A stretch of DNA of 62,933 nucleotides, counting the filler, from Rhabdomonas costata (lineage: Eukaryota): assembly GCA_019059605.1 (NCBI GenBank). It is 38 parts of 38 records of this genome, joined end to end, with 100 filler letters (N's around TTAATTAATTAA, not from the genome) between each part and the next. Parts side by side here need not be neighbours in the genome. Positions count along the whole stretch, not along the records: positions 38,162 to 39,719 come from JAHMHO010013074.1; positions 39,820 to 41,378 come from JAHMHO010013075.1; positions 41,479 to 43,037 come from JAHMHO010013076.1; positions 43,138 to 44,696 come from JAHMHO010013077.1; positions 44,797 to 46,355 come from JAHMHO010013078.1; positions 46,456 to 48,013 come from JAHMHO010013079.1; positions 48,114 to 49,663 come from JAHMHO010013080.1; 31 more parts are not named here. The stretch is one strand, 5' to 3'. This document shows positions 38,062 through 49,462 of this stretch, piece after piece (within the stretch, counting starts at the first letter, position 1; each line of letters starts with the position of its first letter). The position numbers were made by a program, and so were the translations under genes. The notes beneath the pieces were generated by a model. That model saw only the letters and a list, made by a program, of their open reading frames with translations, made no database searches and was not told the origin of the DNA.

Positions 38062-38892
38062 NNNNNNNNNNNNNNNNNNNNNNNNNNNNNNNNNNNNNNN
38101 NNNNNTTAATTAATTAANNNNNNNNNNNNNNNNNNNNNNNNNNNNNNNNNNNNNNNNNNNNGGGTGGGGGGGCGCTGAGTGGACAGCCGCGGGTACAGTG
38201 GTTGTTGTTTTCTTCCGGGGGAACTTACGATATTATCCCAGTCATGCCGTCACTGATTTGATGAAGCCAACGTTCGTTACTGGAACGGGAAAGAAATCCT
38301 TCTCTTACTCATGTCTTGACTTCAGACTTTCGATCTTTTTCGTATGATTGCTGTGTGATGCACGTGTTACTTTGCTGTGTTTTTGCGGTTTCGCATCGAC
38401 GGAATAGTCTATAGCCAGTTTACTGGTTTCTACTCTTTGTCAAGTGAAGTTGCTTGTGTTCCAATAATATGCAAAAAAAAAGCGCGACTGGTGTGAAAGC
38501 TTTGCAAGATTGCAATGCAACAGTGAACAAAACGGTCCTGGCAATGATTTTAAGTGATGGGACGTCAAGTTGCATCACCCTTCCTTGGAAGCAGTGTATG
38601 GATCCCACCAGGATTATCTGATGGTTTGGCAGCGTTCATTTTCGGTCATTTGTCTTGTCAGCAATTTCCTGCTTTCTCTTATGAAGAGACTTAACGAAAA
38701 AGAGCCCAAACGAAGACTACGCAACTTCACACGACAATGATTCTCAGTTCAGTCATCAGCCTGTCCCAATCCTTCGTCCCTTCAAGACGACTTTTTCTTT
38801 ACTCCTTGTGCAATTGTCTGTTCTGTTCTTGTCTCTTTTTTTCGTTCTCATCTTCCGCTGAGTCGATTTTGCCAAAAGAAAAAGGGAAGACA

Positions 38893-39719
38893 ATGTCCCT
38901 GTTGCTAGAGCGGGAGTTCACGGCCCTGCTACGGCAGGCCGCGGCGACGAAAGAGGTCGCGCCGCTCGAGCAAGCCTTCGCCCTTCTGCAGAGTTGCCTG
39001 GAAAAGGTATCGTGGCCGTTGCTTTTGCTGTCCTCTTGCCATGTAAAACCAATCCCTGCTCTCTTTCTGTAGGGGCTGTGCAGTGCGGTGTTAAAATTCC
39101 GCCTTTCTTCGATTTGTGATATTGCGCCCCCGAGGCACGCACACACACTTGGCGACAACACTCGATGATCCTTGTCGATCTGTTGCTTACCACGATCACA
39201 TCGGTGCGAATTGGTTGGTGTTTTATCTCCACAAAAAATTTCCATCACCACTACCCTTCCGATTTCCTGCCAGGCCAGGCCTAGAAGAAAGCAGCGAGGG
39301 GGTGCTGCCTGTCCTGTCCCAAGCCCCAGTCGATCATCCGCGCTCAGAATTTTGTGGTAAATCGTCTCTAGGATCGTCTCGGGGACCTTCTTGGGAACGA
39401 TGCAGACTATATTCATTCATCAGAATGAATGAAAGATTCAGGTTAATGAATAGATGGATGGATCGATGGATCGATGGATCGATGGAGCATGAAGTAATGA
39501 ACGAGCAACGCTTGATGAGCACTTTCAAGCCTAACACGGGGGGTTCCCTGCCATTCTGGCTCAGGGCATAGTGCAAGGCCGTGCCCGGAAGTACGTCCTT
39601 CGCCACGAGGCGTACCTCTTCTGCGCGGAGGTCGCCCTGCTGCTCTCGCAGTACCCCATCGCGGAGCACTGCGTGACACGCCTGGCCGAGCGCCCGCCAC
39701 CCCGCCCCGACCTCCGCGT
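38893..39719 (+). CDS. CFAP46: Cilia- and flagella-associated protein 46 (TTC40), exons 38893-39006 and 39565-39719
   Basis: MSLLLEREFTALLRQAAATKEVAPLEQAFALLQSCLEK|GIVQGRARKYVLRHEAYLFCAEVALLLSQYPIAEHCVTRLAERPPP parallels CFAP46 [29 protein letters not shown]...DLFVLCAEQALKM.QPEVSEDCIQMYF. Confidence 0.75.
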
Positions 39720-40379
39720 NNNNNNNNNNNNNNNNNNNNNNNNNNNNNNNNNNNNNNNNNNNNTTAATTAATTAANNNNNNNNNNNNNNNNNNNNNNNNN
39801 NNNNNNNNNNNNNNNNNNNGTGGTTTTGTTCTCCGTTCGTCCACAGTGTAGCACAGGTGCTCGCGAAGCTGCTCCGTTGGCACATCCTCGTGAGTGCCGC
39901 CTTCATGTTGGGATTGCCTCAAGTCGCTTTGAGTTGGGAACCATACCAGGGTACGTGGAAGAAGAAGCTGGTGTGTATGCAAAATGTTCAATGCAAAAAA
40001 GGCTCAAGCTGCTGAGAATGGAACCCCGAATGAAATCCTGCGTATGGTCACCAGGCTTCTGGTGCTTTCCGTTTCGACTGTTTGGCGAGTGGTCGTCCGG
40101 GATGAGATTGAAGCAAAGTTCACTTGCTCGCTCACTCCCTGGGGTGGCATGCAAGGGCTTGCTGCGTTCGCCGTTCGCCGTTCAAGGATTCAGTCCCTTC
40201 GAGGCAGATTTGGTGGATGTGAGCGGAAGCTTCCTTCTCTTTCCCTCATTTTTTCTCGATCAGAGGTCAGAAAAATCACACGAACACCTTCACTTGGGCC
40301 ACCCCATTACTTCGGCTTTCTCTATTTCCAATTGCCGCCTCCCGGGGTGTGGGCCTGACCCTTGTTTTTCTGCTCGCAC

Positions 40380-41030
40380 ATGGAGTCGCCTCAGGCCTCG
40401 CGTCGTGTGTCCTCCCCAGAGCCTAGGTCCCCTTTTAAGGATGTCACTCAACTGAGGCAGCAGCTGTGCCACCTCAAGGCCAGCTTCAACCGCGAGCAAG
40501 AGAGGGTGCGCGCCCGCCTTCGGCAACACCAGGAGCAGCTCCGGGTTTACACCCGTGCCCTGGCTGAGAAGGCCCCCGAGAGCGGCACCTCCTCCCCAGG
40601 GCCCAAGAAGAAGCCCGGGAATCCGAAAGGCATGTATCAGCCCTTTTTGCGTCTCCTTTGAATTTAAGTTTTCGTCGTGAGGATGCTTTCTTCGAGTTCA
40701 TTTTCAAGGTTACCATGTTTTGGTACCACGGTTTGATGCAAGAGTGCGCTCGAAAATGGGATGATACACGTCTCTGCGTTTTCAGACTTTTTTAAACCGC
40801 CTTTTTTTAAAATTGCCGCCAAGGAGGTACTTTTGTTTTTACCATTTCTGTGTGGGTTGGCCTTTGCATTGTGTCACAGACCCTGCCACTTCGCACGGAC
40901 GGGATCCGAAGGCAAGCTCTTCCGTCGGGAACCGGCTGGCTGGGCGAGACTTGGCGCGCTGCAGCTCATCAGCGGCCACCACGCCGACGATGAAACCCTT
41001 CGTCTCAGCTCACGCTGGTGGCATTCCTCC
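40380..41030 (+). CDS. Hypothetical coiled-coil protein, first exons
   Basis: MESPQASRR...DVTQLRQQLCHLKASFNREQERVRARLRQHQEQLRVY with GC3-rich codons. The frame of the second exon is ambiguous. Confidence 0.4.
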
Positions 41031-41700
41031 GTATGCTTCCTCTCCCTCTCCATGTCCGGACCCAGAATATCACTTTCCGTCCACACCTTTTATATTCAGC
41101 GTTTGTCTCGAAGGACTTCCCCGGCTCCCCGGCTGACCGTAAGAACTGCTTTCCCTGCTACCCTTTGGTGTCCAGGTGCAGTTCCTGGAAGCGGCCGTAA
41201 CCCCACTGGAAGCTGTTTGGTTACCAAAACCATAAAAACCATTCCCGTCATTGTGGAGGGGAATGCGGCGCGGGGGGGGGTGGCGAACCCCGCATTATAT
41301 CTCGGTTTTCTTTAACAGCAGAAATGAAACCCCTGCATTGTCATCTTGGCTACCCCACAAACCAAACACACCCACCACNNNNNNNNNNNNNNNNNNNNNN
41401 NNNNNNNNNNNNNNNNNNNNNNTTAATTAATTAANNNNNNNNNNNNNNNNNNNNNNNNNNNNNNNNNNNNNNNNNNNNGGGTTTGCTACGAGGCAAACCA
41501 TAAAGTAAATGTATTGTATCGTAGCAATCCCACTCATCCGCGTGTACTTGTAATTTGCTTTTTCATTAATTTTGGCCTAAAACTGTCGCTTTGCCATAAC
41601 TTTGGCATTTTTAGCTGGAAAGAGACGATTTGGGCACGTTTGCTGTTGATGTGCAAAGCACAAGTGCCACCATTTCCCCATGTAGTCAATGTTGTTTCAC

Positions 41701-41747
41701 AATGAGGCACCTAGCCTACCATACCTAATGAGGCACCTAGCCTACCA
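41701..41747 (+). repeat. 21-bp direct repeat AATGAGGCACCTAGCCTACCA x2 (5-bp spacer)
   Basis: Read directly from the sequence. Confidence 0.9.
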
Positions 41748-43137
41748 AGTCAACATTTTCCAAATGGGGGAAAGGTGGTTTAGTTTTGGCAAATTATTGA
41801 CCCTAAAAAGTGCATTTTAAAATCGAGATTTGTAATATTAATTGAAGAAAAACTTCAAAGAATTTTGGCACGAATGCTATAAAAACTGGGGAATAGTGGC
41901 GTTTTTGCTCACAATAAAAGCCACGCAATTCATGCTAATTACAATCTGACCAGAAAACTTCCATTGCATCATTGAAAACCTCCACTTTACTCTATAACGT
42001 CCCAAGTGACATTAAAAAGTCCAATTTTGACCATATCAAAAAGCCCCCATACGGAGCCATTTTAGACAAGTGTACCAAGTGTAATATCAGAGGTTATGAA
42101 AGATGAAACCAGCTTGTTTGTAATGAAGACACACTGAAGACACGCTGAATTTCGAGATCGCCACTGAAATGACAGTCAAGCAGTTTCTAGACAGAGTGTT
42201 TCGCTACCATGGGTTGCAAAGCTGTATCAGAAAGTGACAACATGTTTACTATTTAATCGTGTTCTTTCGACATCATAACACGTAACCATGGGTTCTGTAA
42301 GTTGTTTTGACAGGATGATTTACATTTGTGTCCCTCTGTTCCGTTTTGGTTTTTGGTATTGGTCTGTGGCTTCAATAAATGGCTCCCAATATCCCAATCT
42401 CCAAACGGCGTCGGAGTCAGTCGCGTGATTTTATTTTCTTTTAATTTTCCTGTGTGCACTTGCCGTTTGAACGTTTTCACACAACACGCAACAGGTGAAA
42501 GTTTCCTTCAATCGTCCTTTACGTCAGGGGAAGAGAAAGCAAGCTGTTATCAAAGGTGTTCTCGCTGCGTAGTTTATTAAACGGAATCAGATTGTAAAAA
42601 AACAGAGTAAATCCGGAAGGCCGACTCCAGTCACCGGTAATGCCAAAAATGAAGTCCACCTGGAAGGTTTCGAGCCAATGGACGAGTGGGCGATAAACCA
42701 TGAAACGCTCTGCGGTTGCGCACTAGTTAAAAAACCAAGTTCCGACGCGAAAGCACCAGCTGTGCAAAAGGTTTTTCTGGAGCGTGTGCCGACTGACACG
42801 ACAAATGGTTGAGACCTTCTGGTCGGAACCTGTGCTGGAAGAGTTTTGGGGATGTGCGGTTTCGCCTGGTGCCGCCAAATTAAAACAGCCAGGGATCGAC
42901 CGCGAAAGCCTACGCGCACGTGTACGCAACAAATGGTTTGATCTGCACGTAATAATAACGACAGGTACGAACAGCCGTATAAACGTCTGTTGGCACACAA
43001 AAGTTGTTGACAAAACACCCCCAAACAAACCCAACAANNNNNNNNNNNNNNNNNNNNNNNNNNNNNNNNNNNNNNNNNNNNTTAATTAATTAANNNNNNN
43101 NNNNNNNNNNNNNNNNNNNNNNNNNNNNNNNNNNNNN

Positions 43138-44696
43138 GTGGTTTTGGAGGCTGCCGACGCCCGCCGGGCCTTCGCGAAGTTCGCGTACTCCCCGTTCAAT
43201 GGTGTCCCGCTGTACTTGGAATGGGCTCCCGTGGGGCTTCTGAAGGTGAGAAAATAGGAGATGGAGGGGGGAGCGTGTGCGTAGGCTCACTTGAGGTGAA
43301 TGTTGTTTGAACCTTTTTCTGAAAATTGAGGTACTTTACCTCCACCAGGGAGATGCACGGGACCTAGCAAAGGACCTTTGTTCGACACGTGGGCTTCACC
43401 ACATATTGGTCCAACTTTTGCTATCTCGAGATTGTGGCTTGGTAAGGGTATCCTCCGATGCCTTGATGGTTGATAGTTGATGTGCCAATTTGTGCTTATA
43501 CCTCGGTACTCTCTGAGGGATGCCCTTGTTTGCTAGCCGCCGACGAGGCAGTCCGCTGCTCTCCCGAAGGAGGGCGACGAGGGGTCCCCGCTTGACGAAT
43601 CCTCCACTACGCTTCACCTCAGCAACTTACCCCTGACCTGCTCAGAGGCGAACATTCGCACCTTACTACAGGTTCTCTCTTTTTCTCTTTCCCCTAATCA
43701 TCGACTACTCTCCTTTCTGGGGTGACCTTCCATGTTAAATTCTCCTGTTGAATCCTCTTCGGCTGAAAATGAGGTGAATGTGATTGCCTTTGGCAACTGC
43801 CTGAAAACCCCCTCCGCTTATGTTTATTGTCATGCCATATTACTATTTGTCTGTCTGTGGGGTTGCCTCGGGGGTGCCATTCCTTGCCAACTTGCGAAGG
43901 TGCATATGATGCACGTTACTGCTCCTTCTGGGCTCTTCTAAAGAGCCCATGCTATTTGGGGACTCCGTCATCGAACGGTTCAGTGCTCTGTGACAGCTGA
44001 GATGCCAGGATGTGAGTGTGTTTGCGTGCCGGGTCTCAGGAGCACGCTCCGATGCTCCGAAGTATAAGCTTGAAGAAGGGCTTTGCTTTCCTGGAGTTCC
44101 GCGACCACGACGCCGCAGTGAAGGCGAGACAAATTCTGCTGGGCGCAGAGCTGGAGCAGGTTCCTCCATCAGCCGTCAGCACATACAGGAGGGGTGAGCC
44201 CTTTCCTGTTTTAGTGAAACTATTTTGTCATTTGCAGTTGTGGTATTTTGGAAATGGGCGGCACTGAGAGGTTCACTTTGCGCTTTTACGGGAGACAACC
44301 TGAACTTTGGGTCTCTTAACGTTCGCCTCACACATCCGCCATTGCCCTTTCTTTGTCATCTTGCATCTTCGGTGTAGGTTGCCGAGTCTTTCTTCTTCCT
44401 CTCGTCATCGCTTATCGCTTCATTTTCTTATGTCATTGTCCTTTCGTCCCTTTATGACGACGACATTCACAAGAACGCAATTCATTCGGTGCTCCGCATT
44501 GGGGCATCGACATGCTGTGATCCCTTCTTTCCTTAGAATGCATCGTCCTTCGCCCCTCTCTTCCCTGGTGACCCATTCCCGCTCTCCTTCTCAGCGAAAG
44601 CTCGTGGTGAGTTTCTCGAAGCCTTCCCAGAAAGCCCCTGCGGTGGAGGCCAGCAAGCCCGCGGCCGCCGCGGCGGGAGTCTGCCCCCCGGGCCGG
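43138..44696 (+). CDS. MRD1: Multiple-RRM ribosome biogenesis protein MRD1/RBM19; exons 43138-43245, 43537-43671, 44040-44159, 44595-44696
   Basis: DARRAFAKFAYSPFNGVPLYLEWAPVGLL matches the RBM19 signature EARKAF..LAY.KF...PLYLEWAP.G.F. The next RRM reads TTLHLSNLP...KKGFAFLEF...GAELEQ|RKLVVSFS. All joins are phase-0 GT-AG. Confidence 0.9.
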
Positions 44697-46276
44697 NNNN
44701 NNNNNNNNNNNNNNNNNNNNNNNNNNNNNNNNNNNNNNNNTTAATTAATTAANNNNNNNNNNNNNNNNNNNNNNNNNNNNNNNNNNNNNNNNNNNNGTGT
44801 TTGTTGGTGAAGGAGGAAGTAACGAAGTGAAGACATACCGGTACGCACCTAACGAATGGAGTAACGCAGTGACAACAGTTGTGATATAGTGGCCCTGAGG
44901 GTCTCTTTTAGCTTTTCCACTAGCGTTTTCCAAGGCATTAGCTGCATTATCTTAGCACCAATACATATTAAGACATCTAGGTGTGATGGAGCGTAGGGAA
45001 ATCCAGACACAAAGACATTTTGCCAGTTTTATAATGCCGGCCCCCCATCTCTTTCTTGCCTCTACTTATCACCTTAGAAGGAGGGACGTCGACCGTATGT
45101 AGGCATCACGTAGTATGAGCAATGAATGGAGCATGCATTAAAAGCGTAGCAAAAGAGCAATAGCTCCTGAGTCGAAGCAAGACACAGCTTTAGGCATAAC
45201 CTAGAAGCTCCACAAGTATAGCATCAATTCTAGCTCTATTAATACGACATCATCATCATCATCGTTGCATTCTTGGTGCTATCTTGAATGGAATTAATGC
45301 GTAAGAAAGGCATCATAGTACAATGGTGGCATTTCCAAGCGTTCAAACTTCACTCTTTGCATTCATCTCAGCATTGTGCGTTTGGAATGCGTAAGTGTTA
45401 GGAATTGGCATCGCATCCTGCTGTTGGATTGGTTGACTGGAATTTGCGGTACGCATTTTGGCATATGGAGTTGGAGTGTGGCATGATATTCGATGGTTGC
45501 ACTGGTAAATTGCTGATTTTAACACTGGGTTCCGCATGCTAACAGGAGGGGTGTTTCTACGCGTCAACAGTAATGGATGGTTATAATTGGCATCGTGCAG
45601 TATGCACCTTGGCATCTTTACCGGAGTAGGTTGTCAGGATCATATTGCGTACACTTCGATTCTCTTTTCCACTCCTCTGGAATTCATAGCTCACTTCTTC
45701 TGTGGCTGACGTCGTCTTCCTCTGAGATTCGTCGCTGCTTCTACAACAGTCTGATTTCTTGGTGCTGACAATTCCCCAAACCGTAACGTGAGATACTAGA
45801 GTAGCCACAGTAAGTGTTACACTAACCAAAGGAATGATCAATAAATGTCGCTGATGCATAGCCATTAGTGTTGTTGCTGATGTGACTCGCCTCTATACAC
45901 ATGCGACTCATCACACTGCTTAATGTTCCTCATGACTCACGACTACGCTCATATTTGTACGATATCATTCAAGTGCGTACTCCTTAACAGATACCAGTCA
46001 TCCTTTACGCATACTATCACTGTAACTCACGCGTCCACAGATAGCATTACCAACACATGTTCCTAACACGATTTAAACATGAACACAAACCACATCCATA
46101 TCGTTCTACACGCTTTTGTGTGCATTTTTGACGCTACATTCGGGTATTTCAACACTCCCGCCATCAAGGAGCTCGGCAGGGTACTGCAGCAGATATGTAC
46201 CTGTTACTGTTTACTGAGTGTGTCACCAATGTTGCCCAGTTGCCTTTATACCATCCATACCGGACATCAGGGGCTC

Positions 46277-46351
46277 GGTGTTCAGCACTTGGCCGAGGGC
46301 GAAGTGGGCCGGCCCGGAGGCCGAAGAGCCCTCGGCCAAGTGCTGAACACC
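46277..46351. repeat. Inverted repeat with perfect 24-bp arms (46277-46300 / 46328-46351)
   Basis: ggtgttcagcacttggccgagggc and its reverse complement; the loop contains the palindrome gggccggccc. Confidence 0.95.
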
Positions 46352-47045
46352 AACCNNNNNNNNNNNNNNNNNNNNNNNNNNNNNNNNNNNNNNNNNNNNT
46401 TAATTAATTAANNNNNNNNNNNNNNNNNNNNNNNNNNNNNNNNNNNNNNNNNNNNTTTGTGAGGGTGCTCCTCCGACAAGAGCAAGCACAAGCAGGATGA
46501 GCTGCCCCAGGGCTCTCCACCTTCGGAGGCCCTCCCGGCGGCTTTGGGTGACGTCGACCAGCCTTCCGAGTAGTGCTTGAGAGAGAACTTGGCGGAGGGA
46601 ACATGTCTCCCCCCCCCCTGACTTCTCTCCCCTCCCTGTCTCTGAATGCTGGACTTTAGGGTTTTGGGTCCTGGGGTTTGGCAGCGCGACTTCGCAGCCA
46701 TCTCAGGCTCGCTTCGCGAACGTTTCGTCCTCCGAGACAGGCAAAGAAGTTGTCCCAGTGCGGTGGCCTTCTCTTACAGGCGTTTGGGGCGAACATTGTT
46801 AATTTCGGCTCGTTAAAGTCCGAGATTTTTTCTAAACCAACAATGGCATGAGGAACTTGGGTAAATATTTTTTTGGCGTGTTTAGTCGGTCGCGTCCAGC
46901 TGAAAAGGCCTGTTACTATCTGCTGGGAGATTCGGCCTTGATCTGGGATCACCTCACCCCCCGCTGATCAAGTTTGTGCTGCTGCGCTGGGCAGAACTTT
47001 ACCCCAATGTTTTTTTTTAACCTCAATAAGATTTCTTTTTGCGGA

Positions 47046-47237
47046 ATGGCGAACCCATCATTGGGGTGGCGTCTCCCTTGTTGTGACTGTGATGCTGAGC
47101 TAAAGGGCGAGAGTGCCGTTGCTAAGCACGCGCTTAAAATTAAACACAAATCAGAGTCATTTGAATTCATGGACCAATATCACGAGGTCGAGGGTCGAGT
47201 CAGGGTGACTGAATTTTTACCTGGCATTGAATTCTAA
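47046..47237 (+). CDS. Small ORF (63 aa) with an OTU1/YOD1-like C2H2 zinc finger
   Basis: CCDCDAELKGESAVAKHALKIKH fits C-x2-C-x12-H-x5-H, like YOD1 [23 protein letters not shown]. Confidence 0.4.
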   Translation: MANPSLGWRLPCCDCDAELKGESAVAKHALKIKHKSESFEFMDQYHEVEGRVRVTEFLPGIEF

Positions 47238-48155
47238 CCCCGCATCCTTGACGAGCTCTTTGCCTGTGCTATGTAAGCCCCCAAAGCAGCCAATTCTAGC
47301 CAATCCTGCGGTTTGTCTGTCGTTGTTGTCTCTGTTGCTACTTTTTTGTGTACCCTTTCACTTCATTTCTGATCCTTTGCCTTTGCCTGATTGCCTGTGC
47401 ATCTTCCTTCATGGGCCTCACGCACTTGCACCTGCCTCTTTGTGATGTCGTGAAGGTTTTTTTCATGGAATGTTTGGGTGCGATAGGATGGCGAATCTGG
47501 GCTCTGAAAACCCACCTCTTGGACACGTTAATCTCATTTTGATTGATTTGTGCGGCGTAGGAGCAAATCTTCCTCTCCTTTCTGTCTCTCTTGCACTCCC
47601 CATCCAACTTTGATGGTGCACGATACTTAGGGGACTCTCCGTGTCGAAGGGATGCGCAGGCTTAGGTTTTTGCATCACTTTTTGTTCTCTGAAATGGGCG
47701 AAAGAAAAATTTGTTCATTCCATAAAAACGTACGGAGCTTCTTGCCCAGACGTGGTGCTTGCATCGGAGGGCTTTTTTTGTGCAATTTCCACCCTGCAGC
47801 GCTACTTGTATTTGCGGACGCCCCCACTTTACGCCACCTCTCGCTGTGCTGTTTTCTCTCCTATATACGGGATATCCCTTCCGTACGCCTTTGTGTGTGT
47901 GTGTGTGCTTTTGCTTTTCTTTTCTCACCTCGCCATCTTCTCGCTTGCTGTGCGCTTCTCCATCTGACCTGAATTTCCGGATCCCAGTCCTTTGATCCCC
48001 TCACAACAACACANNNNNNNNNNNNNNNNNNNNNNNNNNNNNNNNNNNNNNNNNNNNTTAATTAATTAANNNNNNNNNNNNNNNNNNNNNNNNNNNNNNN
48101 NNNNNNNNNNNNNGTGTGGTGGTCTGAGAGCGTCCGAAGAAATTCGCAGTGCCCA

Positions 48156-49462
48156 TTAACAACCAGCCGATGGGGACGAGGGGGGGGCGTCAGGGAGCGG
48201 GTGTGAGCTCACAGGGGATGAAGTCATTGGGGAGGCCACTTGCGAGGAAGACGCCAAGGCGTTGAAGCTGACCCGTGATAGGGTCATGGCGAGGTCCATC
48301 TCTAACGCTTCCAGCACCTCGTCACTGGCGTCCTCAGGGACTTTACAGCCGCTTTCTTCCAGAAGCTTACGGCGTTCTGCTCGAGAGGGACGGCGGCGGA
48401 GCGTGGGGGAGGAAGGTGAGAAGGAGAAGAGGTAGGGTGTGCAAGTCGAGCAGCAATCCACGCCGCAGATGCGGCATCGCTGGAGAGTTGTGCTCGAGAC
48501 GACCTTGTGGTAGCCCACGTTGCAGCTGAGCGGGAACACAGGAGCCCAAAATATGTCAACGCTGACGCACTGCGCCCGTGCCGACAGAGACAGACCAAAT
48601 TGTAAACTAAGGTCTTGGAAAACGGTAAAGGTGCAATTACAAACGTGCACAAGATGGACATCGCTGAAAAAGGCAGAATATAGCATCTGGAGGAAACGGT
48701 TTGGAAAGAGAGAAGAGAGACAAGGCAAAGTAGGCTACTGTCAAAGTTCTTTTCCGCAGAAGGTAAAAGATTACGGAGGACTTATCCCATGCCGGCGTCC
48801 CTGTGAAGATACCCTGCACACCACCAAACGCTGAAGGGCCGGGTTCTATAATTGAGCCCTGACTACCCTCGACCGGTATGAAATTTTTTTTGCGTTCTCC
48901 CCCTTTTCTTGAACGTCACCACTGCTGCCCCCATATCGCATTAATGCTTTCTTCGTCTACCTTATGCCCTGCCCTCGATCCCGGAACTCTACAAGCATCC
49001 CACACATCCTTAACTTATGTCGCGGGGGAAACGGGGGAAGAGATCGTGCGAGGAATTGGCGTCCCTGCGGACCAAAACCACCGACCAATCACCGATGAGT
49101 GAAAAGTCAAACGAAAGAAGAACAACAGCGGAAGCAAAAAATATCCACCTGCAGCCGTCTGAGGGAGTGACGAAGCACTCCATGGGGTGACCCTTCCCGC
49201 AGCGGGGCGTCTGTGAGCCGCTGACAGGCTCCAGGTCGGCCTCTGTGAACGCCAGCTCGGGCCCGCCCTCCTCCAGCCTCACTTTCCAGGTGCGGTCCGC
49301 AGGGTTGAACTCCGTGAGGGTGCCGCGCTTGCCGGCGTGGGGAAGGAGCCTCAACGCGTCCAGGTGGGTCCCAAGCAGAGCAGAGGGAAGCTGCCCAGAA
49401 CTCCGCACGGTCACTTGGGTCCCACCGACTAACGATGGGGGGTTGGGGTTCAAGATCACTGC
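48156..49462 (-). CDS. Protein with SH3-like barrel, ZZ/C1-like Cys finger and UIM-like motif; exons 49149-49462 and 48156-48525
   Basis: HAGKRGTLTEFNPADRTWKVRLEE...LAFTEADLEP; RCGKGHPMECF...CS|CNVG...RCRICGVDCCSTC; LEMDLAMTLSR. The join is phase-2 GT-AG. Confidence 0.6.

Noticed and set aside
45340-45800. Weak cox3-like (LTGICGTHF) and cox1-like (HFFCG...LPLRF) motifs under TGA=Trp
   Set aside because: Too few conserved residues and interrupted frames; not distinguishable from chance.
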